A program made the position numbers and the translations under genes. Positions 54,264 to 64,000 of a stretch of DNA of 64,000 bases are shown piece after piece; positions within the stretch are counted from its first letter, which is position 1, and each line of letters opens with the position of its first letter. Source of the DNA: the human T2T-CHM13v2.0 reference genome, Homo sapiens; the NCBI RefSeq assembly GCF_009914755.1, contig NC_060927.1; one strand, written 5' to 3'. The notes under the pieces are model-generated. The model saw nothing but the letters and a program-made list of their open reading frames with translations, had not been told where the DNA came from and did not search any database.

Positions 54264-56570
54264 TGTATTAATCCATTCTCGTGCTGCTAATAAAGACATA
54301 CCCAAGACTAGGTAGTTTATAAAGGAAAGATGTTTAATGGACTCACAGTTTCACATGGCTGGGGAGGCCTCACAATCGTGGCAGAAGGTGAAGGAGGAGC
54401 AAAGGTGCATTTTACATGGCAGCAGGCAAGAGAGCATGTGCAGGGTAACTGCCCTTTATAAAACCATCACATATTGTGAGACTTATTCACTATCATAAGA
54501 ACAGAATGGGAAAACCCCACCTAATGATTCAGTTGCCTCCAACTGGGTCTTTCCCACAACATGTGGGGATTGCAGGAACTATGTTCAAGATGAGATTTGG
54601 ATTGGGACACATAGCCAAACCATATCATTCTGCCCCTGGCCCCCCCAAATATCATGTTCTCACATTTCAAAACCATACTTTCACAACAGTCCCCCAAAAT
54701 TCTTAACTCATTTCAGCATTAACTCAAAAGTCCAGTCCAAACTTTCATCTGAGACAAGACAAGTCCCTTCTACCTATGGGACTGTAAAACCAAAAGCAAG
54801 TTAGTTACTTCCTAGATACAATGTGGGTAGAGATATTGGATAAATACACCTATTAAAGATGGAAGAAATTTGCCAAAACAAAATAGTTAATGGCCCTGTG
54901 CAAGTCCAAAATCCAGAAGGGCAGTCAAACCTTAAAGCCTCAAAATGATCTCCTGTGACTCCATGTCTCATATCCAGGTCATGCTGATTGAAGAGGTGGG
55001 TTCCCATGGTTTTGGGAAGCTCTGCTACTGTGGCTTTGCAGGATACAGCCTCCCTCCTGGCTGCTTTCATGGCCTGGCATTGAGTGTCTGTGGCTTTTCC
55101 AGGAGCATGGTGCAAGCTGTCGGTAGATCTACCATTCTGGGGTCTGGAGGACAGTGCCCCTCTTCTCAAAGATCCACTAGGCATTGCCCCCTTGGGGACT
55201 CTGTGGGGGCTTCAACCCCACATTTCCCTTCTGCACTGCCCTAGCAGAGGTTCTCCATGAGGGCTCTGCCCCTGCAGCAGACTTCTGCCTGGGCATCTAG
55301 GCATTTCCATGCATCCTCTGAAATCTAGGTGGAGGTTCCCAAACATCAATTTTTGACTTCTGTGCACCCACAGGCCCAACACCACATGTATGTTGCCAAG
55401 ACTTGGGGCTTGCACCCTCTGAAGCAACAGCCTGAGCTATACATTGGCCTCTTTTAGCCATGGCTAGATCTGAAGCAGCTGGGATGCAGGGCACTATGTC
55501 CTGATGCTGCATAGAACAGGGAGGTCTGGGCCTGGACCCAGAAACCATTTTTCCCTCCTAAGCCTCCAGGCCTGTGATGGGAGGGGCTGCCATGAAGGTC
55601 TCTGACATGCCCTGTAGACATTTTTCTCATTGTCTTGGTGACTAACATTTTGATCTTTGTTATTTATTCATATTTCCGCAGCAGGCTTGAATTTCTCCCC
55701 AGAAAATGGGTTTTTCTTTTCTATTGTGTCATCAGGCTGCAAATTTTCCAGAATTTTATTCTCTGTTTCCTCTTGAACACTTTGCTGCTTAGAAATTTCT
55801 TCTGCCAGATACCCTAAATTATCTCTTTTAAGTTCAAAGTTCCACAGACCTCTAGGGTAGGGGCAAAAAGCTGCCAGTCTCTTTGCATGGCAAGGGTGAC
55901 CTTTACTCCAGTTTCCAACAAGTTCTTTATCTTCATCTGAGACCACCTTAGCCTGGACTTCATTGTTCATATCACTATCAGCACTTTGGTTAAAGCCATT
56001 CAACAAGTCTCCAGGAAGTTCAAAACTTTCCCACAGCTACCTGTCTTCTGAGCCCCCCAAGTCTCCATGAAGATCCAAACCTTCTCACATTTTTCTGTCT
56101 TTTTCTGAGCCCTCCAGACTATTCTAACCACTGTCTATTACCCAGTTCAAAGTCGCTTCCACATTTTGGGGTATTTTTACAGCAGCACCCAATTCTACCA
56201 GTACAATTTACTATATTAATCTGTTCTCACACTGCTAATAAAAACATACCAGAGACAGGGTGATTTATAAAGGAAAATGTTTAATTGACTCACAGTTCCA
56301 CATGGCTAGGGAGGCCTCACAATCATGGCAGAAGGCAGAGGAGCAAAGGCATGCCTAACATGGTGGCAGACAAGACAATGTGTGCAAGGAAACTGCCCTT
56401 TTTAAAACCATCAGATCTCATGAGACTTATTCATTATCAAGAGTACAGCATGGGAAAAACCTACCACCATGATTCAGTTACCTCCCACCAGGTCCTTTCA
56501 CACCACATGGGGATTATGGGACCTACAATTCAAGATGAGATTTCGGTAGGGACACAGATAAACCATATCA
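54264..56570 (-). mobile_element. Full-length THE1 (THE1B/C-like) MaLR: LTRs 54264-54627 and 56212-56570
   Basis: Two THE1 LTRs flanking THE1 internal sequence; TSD GTTAC (54259-54263) / ATTAC (56571-56575). Confidence 0.92.
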
Positions 56571-56589
56571 ATTACAAACTGCAGAAATG

Positions 56590-57015
56590 TAAGCCCTATT
56601 GTGTAAAGAAATTAGGCTTGTTTATATTTCTAAGTAATCAAAATCCAGAAATAGACTCCCCAAGGGTCATATGATGAGTCCACAATCACAACAGCATCCC
56701 GCACTGCTTCTCTCATTCTTCTCTGTCACCTTGTTCATGGGCTTGTTGTTTCATGGCTATTGGATGGCTCTTCTAACTCCAGCATTATGTTATGGTTCCA
56801 GTCAGGAATAAGAGGGAAACTGATTACTTCCATGAGGAAGGCTTCCGTCAGCAACATCTACTCATAACTGATTGGCCAAAAGAGTGACTGACCTACAAAA
56901 AGACTTGAGAAATATAGTTCCTAATTGAGATTGCTTCCCCATCAAAGTTAGTATTCTCTTTTGCAAATAAAAAGAAATAATGGGTAATTAGTAGGTAACT
57001 AATAATGTCTGCCAC
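56590..57015 (-). mobile_element. Old MLT1-type LTR
   Basis: GATGGCT..ACTCCAGCATTATG..TTCCAG..CTGATTGGCCA.. pattern. Confidence 0.55.
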
Positions 57016-57199
57016 AGATAATAAAATCAGAGTTGGGGGCAAAGGAAAGGATGCAAAAGTGATGAGATTCTCAGGTAAGAAAAACAAAAACCATCAGGTC
57101 AATTTTTAAAATTTGTTGAAGCTATACAGGATGACTCATTAATAAATGAATAAGCTCCTTTCCAACAGCCTTGCTGTGCCACAGTCTATACATGGAAAT

Positions 57200-57365
57200 A
57201 ATACAGTGTAGTGACTAAGAGCAAGACTTCCCGTGTTTGGTTTTTATCTCCTCTTACAAACAGTGTGACCTTGGTGAAAGTACTGTAACATCTCTGTGTT
57301 TCAGATTCCCTATGATTAAAATGGGGAAAATAGTTGCATCTACTCCACAGAATTCTAGTGAGGGA
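57200..57365 (+). mobile_element. MIR
   Basis: GTGTGACCTTGG..AACATCTCTGTGTTTCAG..TAAAATGGGGA.. Confidence 0.7.
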
Positions 57366-57949
57366 TACAAACACGGACAGGCACACACACACACACATAA
57401 TCTCTTATAACCACACCCACACACAAACATATGCACATATATGGTGTCTAGAAGGGTATCTGGGAAATAGTAGACACTATGATAATATTGCATTATAATT
57501 ATTATTACTCTTTGCTGTAATACATAAATATGCAATTAATCAGGTCAAAAGACAAATATGATTTATTAAATTTGTCATTTAAAAAAAGTAAATTTAGTGG
57601 TTACTCTTGAGATTGTTTACAACCCAAATTGTATAATGTAGGTGTGAAATGTAGGTTTTTTTCTTTACAGTTCTCTTTGTAGGATATGTCACATCCTGAA
57701 GCTATAATAACAAGATAGGGCCTTTGGCAATCCAAAACAAGGCAAAGAATATTTTTTTTAATGTAATATCATATAATTTCCAGCCTTGGTAGAGGTTGGT
57801 CTTTCCAGTAAAAATGCCAATAAAAGCATTGCATATCAGTATTGGAGAAATCAGCTAAATATATATATCTAGAGCATAATTTGTAGTATTTACTATAATT
57901 GCTAAGAAAAGAGGATACTTACTTTTATGTAAATAAGTTTAATAATCAA

Positions 57950-59394
57950 CTAAAAATGTTACAACAGTATTTTCACAATAAACATTAAAACCAGAAATAA
58001 AAGCACAAGTAAGAGAAAATGACGAAGCCACAGAAGAATTGATATATTCAGTACCTATTTATTTAAAAAGAGCAGAAACAGGCAAATATTTAAGAGGATA
58101 TAATAAGTAAAGAAAAAAATGCACAGATAAGAAAACATATTACCAATTAAAAAATAGGCTAAGCAACAGAAAGAGAAGTGTTTGTTCCCACTTAAATAAA
58201 AAACACCATGAAAAATTATATGATAGTAATTTTGAAAATTTGATTAAATTATGAATTCACATAACATCAGCTCCAATTCATTAGGAAGACAAGCCAAGGA
58301 AGGCCCTTTCTTAATATAAGTTAAATGTGTAAAACAATATTCAGCTGGTATGAGTCAGATGGCATAACTTAACTAAGACTATGCAAGGAAATAAAATTAT
58401 AGATAAATGTCCCTTATGATAGTAATTATAAAAGATTCAACATTACTTAGCAAACAATTTTATCTTTGTGTACAAATATAACCAATATGCTTTTATTCTA
58501 GGTATGTAAGAAAAATTCAATATCAGAAAATAGGAAAACAGTTTGTGATCATATCAGTGTACATAGGAAAGCAGTCCATTAAACTTAATACTTCTGTGTA
58601 ATAAAAATTCTAAAAATGGAAGTCAGACCTCACAATTAATATAGATATTAAAATCTATGGCAAAAACTCTTTTCAAATTAGAAACTAGGTAATAAACTGC
58701 TGTTACTAATTCCATTCAGCATTGCACAGGAGATTCTAACCATAATAGTAAAATAGAAAAAAAGAATTAAAAGGTATAAAGTTAGGCAAGAAAGGCAAAA
58801 CTGGTTATGATACAATTTTCATATTGAACCTTATCAATTATCTACTAGTTATTAGAACTAAAAGGAAAGTTAAGAGAGTTTCTAGAATAATAATCAATGT
58901 ACCAAAACTAATAACGTTTATATATATATACTAGTAATAATTATTTAGAAATAGAATATATATGCCATTAAAAATAGCAATTAAATTTATAAATATCTTA
59001 GAAAATATTTCTAAAGAGCTGCAATCAGATTTGGAGAATATTACAAAACATTATTAAATGACATAAAAAGTCAGAGTATTAAAGAGATAAACAATAAAGA
59101 TCACATATTTTGCATTTGAAGATTCCATTTCCTAAAGGAGCCATTTTCCCTAAATGAATCTAGACATGCAATCAAATTTCAATACGAATTATGGCAAGAT
59201 TTTTGTAAAACTTAATAAGCTGATTGTGGAAAAAATTTTAAAATAGCTAAGACAATTTTGAAGAAGAAAAGGTAGGGAGTACTTTCTCTACTCAATATCT
59301 AAAGTAATTGACAGGCTATCATACTTGAGACCATGTTGTAATATTACAGAGATAAACAGTGCAATGGTATAGAACAGAAAAACTGAAGTAAAGG

Positions 59395-59430
<36 letters not shown>

Positions 59431-59500
59431 CATGACATTTTTACATAAAGGTGGTTCCATTAAATATTAGTGAGATAAAATAAACTGATAAAAAATTAAG
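57950..59500 (+). mobile_element. Very old L1 (L1ME/MD-like) ORF2 relic
   Basis: A-rich, with degraded ORF2-like stretches (e.g. ATTCAGCATTGCACAGGAGATTCTAACC; AAAATAGCTAAGACAATTTTGAAGAAGAA). Confidence 0.55.
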
Positions 59501-59929
59501 TCATCAGATTCAAATTTAGTGAATTTATAAATTTTGTTTTATGCGTACTTCAGTTGCATAATTCCTTTTGGTTTCTTTCCAGGATTTTTATTCTTTTATT
59601 TAAATTTCCATTTTGTTTACAGTTTTTTTTTAATTTCTCCATATTTTCCTTTAGTATTTGAGCATCTTTAAGAAAGTTGTTTTAAATCTTTGTCTAGTAG
59701 ATCTGCTGCCAGGTGTTTTGTGGGGACATTTTCTGGATTTTTTTCCCATTGAATTGGCCATTGTTTACTATTTTGCAATATGCCCTGTGACATTTTTATT
59801 GCAAACTAGTCATCTGAAACTATTAGTGTGGCAATTCTGGAAGTCAGATTCTCCTCTTATTCCAGAGCGTTTTTTTTTTTTTTTCAATTGTTGTAGGCTA
59901 CCTCTGTGCAAGTTATTAGAGTAAGATGT

Positions 59930-62900
59930 AAACTGAATATAGTCCACAAAAATTTTCCTAATCTCCCTAGAGAGGTTGACATGCAAATCCAGTAAGTATG
60001 GAGAAACCCAGACAGATACTATATAAGATGAGCATCCCCAAGGCACACAGTCATCAGATTCACCAAGGTCAATGCAAAAGAAAAAGTGAAGGAGAAATAA
60101 AGTCTTACTCAGAAAAGCAAATGCAGAGAGAATACATTTCAAATAGGCACTATCATGCAACTACACAATCAAGTCTACATAACAACCAGCTAACAACATT
60201 ATGACAGGACCAAAATTCCATATATCAATACTAACCTTGAAAGTAGATGAGCTAAATGCCTCACTTAAAAGATACAGAGTGGCAAACTGGATAAAAAGAA
60301 AAGACCCATCAACCTGCTGTCTTCAAGAGACCTAACTCACGTGTAATGACACCCACAGACCAAAACAAAAGAATGGAAAAGATTTACCATGCAAACAGAA
60401 AACAAAACAAAAAAAGAGCAGGGGTCACTATTCTTACATGAGATAAAACAGATTTAAAACAAATAAAAATTAAGAAAGACCAGGCATGGTGGCTCACACA
60501 TGTAATCTCAACACATTGGAAGGCTGATGTTGGAAGACTGCTTGAGCCCAGGAGTTCAAGACCAGCCTGGACAACATAGTGAGACCTCATCTAAAAAAAA
60601 AAAAAAACCAGACATGGTCCATGTGCCTGTGGTCCCAGCTACTCAGGAGGCTGAGCTGAAAAGATTGCTTGAGGCTGGGAGGTTGAGGCTGGAGTTATCC
60701 TGCCACTGCACTCCAGCCTAGGCACCAGAGTGAGACTCGATTTGAAAAAAAAAAAAAAAAACGGAGGACAATGAAGGTCATTACATAATGATAAAGAGTA
60801 TAATCCACCAAGAAGCCTTAAATATCCTAAATATACACACACTCAGCATTGGAGCATATGGACTCATAAAACAAGTTCTTCTTGGCCTACAAAGGACTTA
60901 GACAACTACAGAATAATAATGGGAGTCTTCAATACTGCATTTACAGCATTACAAAGATTATAGGGGCAGAACACTAACAAAGAAACTCTGAACTTAAATG
61001 CTACACTTGGCCAGTTGGATCTAATGGACATCTACAAAACACTCCACTCAACAAACATAGAATACACATTCCTCTCACATGCACACAGAATATATTTTAA
61101 GATGAACTCACATGCTCAGTCATAAAGCAAGTCTCAATAAATTCAAAAAAATTGAGATCATACCAGCACACTCTTGGCCCACAGTGCAATAAAAATAGAA
61201 ATCAGTATAAAGAAAATCTTTCAAAACTACACAACACATGAAAATTAAACAAATAGCTCCTGAATAACTTATGGGCAAGCATCAAAATTGAGGCAGATAT
61301 CAAAACATTCTTTTAAGTTAATAAAAATAAAAACACAACTTACCAAAATCTCTGGGATGCAGGTGAAGCAGTGTTAAAAGTTTATAGCCCTAAATGGCCT
61401 TATCAAAAAGTTAGAAAGATCTCAAATTGTCCACTAACCCTATAACCAAAGGAATTGGACAAAAGAAATATAAACCCACCTCAAAGCTACCAGAAGAAAA
61501 GAAATAACTAAAATTAGAGAAGAGCTTAATGAAATTGATATGCTAAAATCCATACAAAAGATCAATGAAATCAAAAGTTGGTTTCTTAAAAAATAGATTG
61601 ATAGACCATTAGCTACATTAACAAAGAAAAAGAAAGAGAAGATTCAAATAAGTATAATCAGAAACAACAAAGATGATATTGCAACTGATCCCACAAAAAT
61701 ACAAATGTTTCTCAGAGTACTACGAACAATTTATGCACAAAAATTAGATAACCTAGAGGAGATGAGTAAATTCCTGGAACCACACCATCTCACAAGATTG
61801 AATCTGGAAGAGGCTGAAACCCTGAATAGACCAATGTAAACTTCTGAAATTGAATCAGTAATAAAAAACATACCAACCAAAAAAAGTCATGGACCAGATG
61901 GATGCACAGCTGAATTCTACGAGCCATATAACATATAAAGATGAACTGATATAAGTTATACTGAAACTTGAAACTATTCCAAAAAATCAAGGATGAAGGG
62001 TTCCAGCCTAATTCATTCTATGAAGCAAGCAACAGCCTGATACCAAAACCTGGCGGAGACATAATGATCAAAGAAAACCAGGTCAATATACGTGGTGAAC
62101 GTAGATGCAAAAGTCCTCAACAAAATATTAGCAAACCGAATCCAGTAACACATCAAAAAGCTAATACATCATGTTCACTAGGCTTTATCCCTGGGATGCT
62201 AGGCTAGTTCATTTGCATTTCTTGATATGCAAATCAATAAATGTGATGCACTACATAATCAGAATTAAAAGCAAAAAACGTATAATCATCTCAATAGATA
62301 CAGAAAAAGTTTCTGATAAAATCTAAAATCCCTTCATGATAAAAACCTCAACAGACTAGGCATCATAGGGACATATCTCAAAATAACAATAGCCATCTAT
62401 CATAAACCCACAGCCAACATCATACTGAATTGGCACAAGGTTGAATAATTCCCCCTGAGAACTGGAATAAGACAAGGAAGCCTACTCTCACTACTCCTAT
62501 TCAGCATAATACTAGAAGTCCTAGCCAGAGAAATCAGGCAAGAGAAAGACATAAAAGACCTCCAGATAGGAAAAGAAGATGTCAAAGTATCTCTGGTCAC
62601 TGACAATATGATTTTGCACTTAGAAAACCATAAAGACTTTGGCAAAAGGCTCCTACAATTGGTAAATGACTTTCATAAAGTTTCAGGATCAATGTACAAA
62701 AATCAGTAGCATTTCCATACACCAGCAATATCCAAGCTGAGAGTGAAATCAGCAGCACGATCCCACTTACAATAGCCACAAAGAAAACAAAATACTTTGG
62801 AATACAGCTAACAAAGGAGGTGAAATATCTCTACAAGAAGGCCTACAAAAGATTTCTGAAAGAAATCAGAGATAAAAACAAATAATGGAAAAACAGTCCA

Positions 62901-64000
62901 TGCTCATGGATTGAAACAAACAATATTATTAAAATGGCCATACTGCCTAAAGTAATTTATGGATTCAATGATATTTCTATCAAACTACTGATGTCATTTT
63001 TTACAGAATTAGAGAAAAACTATTCTAAAATTCATATGGAAGGAAAACGGAGCTTGAATAGCCAAAGCAATTCTAAGCAAAAAGAGCAAAGCCAGAGGTA
63101 TCACATTAACCAACTTTAAGCTATACAATAAGGCTATAGCAACCAAAACACCATGATACTGGTGCAAAACCGAACAATCAAACAAAGAAACTGAAGGGAA
63201 AACTAAGAAATGAAGCCTTATACTTAAAGCCGTCTAAACTTCAACAATGCTGACAAAAACAAGCAATGGGAAAAGGGCTCCAAATTCAACAAATGGTGCT
63301 AAGATAACTGGTTAACCATATACTGAAGACTGAAGCTGAACCTCTACCATATGCAAAAATTAACTCAAGATGGATTAAAGATTTAAATGTAAGACCTCAA
63401 ACTTTAAAAATCCTAGAAGATGATCTAAGAAATATCCTTTTTGACATTGGACTTAGCAAATAATTTTTGGCTAGGTCTCCAAAAGCAATTGCAACAAAAA
63501 CAAAAATTGACAAGTGGAACCTAATTAAATTTAAGAGCTTCTGCACATCAAGAGAAACTATCAATAAACTAAACAGACAATGTACACAATGGGAGAATCT
63601 ATTCACAAGCTATGCATCCAGTACAGTCCTAATATCCAGAATCTCTAGGAAACTTAAACAATTCAAGAAAAATAAAATAACCCCATTAAAAATGGGCAAA
63701 GGACATGAATAGACACTTCTCAAAAGAAGCCATACAAGTGGCCAATGAATATATAAAAAATGCCCAGCATCACTAATCATCAGAGAAATGCCAATGAAAA
63801 CTACAATGAGATGCCATCTCACCTTAGTCAGAGTAGCTATTCTTCAAAAGTCAGAAATCATAAGACGCTGGCAAGGCTGTGGAGAAAAGGGAGAATTTAT
63901 ACACTGTTGGTGGGAATGTAAACTAGTTCAATCACTGTGGAAAGCAGTCAAGAGATTTCCCAAAGAATGTGATAGAACTATAATTCAACCCAGCAATCCT
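59930..64000 (+). mobile_element. L1PB/old L1PA element: partly deleted ORF1 plus disrupted ORF2, running off the window end
   Basis: ORF2 start ATGACAGGACCAAAATTCCATATATCAATACTAACC (~60201); fragments [12 protein letters not shown].. and KAIATKTKIDKWNLIK..; many stops. Confidence 0.9.
60478..60761 (+). mobile_element. AluJ inside L1 ORF2
   Basis: GCTTGAGCCCAGGAGTTCAAGACCAGCCTGG.CAACATAGTGAGACC (J-type), A-tail. Confidence 0.88.

Noticed and set aside
59930-64000. Potentially active L1
   Set aside because: ORF1 is partly deleted, ORF2 has many stops and frameshifts, and an AluJ interrupts it.

Overview
Primate genomic DNA, almost certainly human: it carries an Alu with all five AluYa5 diagnostic positions. 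The window is AT-rich and well over half is recognisable transposon debris. I see no intact protein-coding gene, RNA gene or CpG island, and the ORF track is mostly broken L1, ERV, MaLR and Alu fragments or chance ORFs. Main contents: (i) a nested stack at 0.66-9.1 kb, where an internally deleted L1MA hosts a solo MER61-like LTR and a two-LTR class I provirus of the HERV-IP/ADP group (HERVP71A/LTR71-like). That provirus lacks NC/pro/RT/RNase H, carries ~100 bp of apparently foreign filler at the deletion junction, and has an AluSp in the integrase. (ii) An old ERVL relic split by L1MC. (iii) Three THE1 (MaLR) elements within 15 kb; some LTRs keep DUX4 motifs and one has the CCTCCCT PRDM9-type variant. 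(iv) A near-consensus AluYa5 with a perfect TSD. (v) DNA transposons MADE1, MER30 and MER82. (vi) A non-repeat stretch at 26.4-27.0 kb with an enhancer-like motif cluster. I found no evidence for a new multi-gene system; the best leads are locus-level retroelement rearrangements and possible regulatory exaptations. Subfamily names come from recalled consensus sequences, not from a database search, and boundaries of old elements are approximate.
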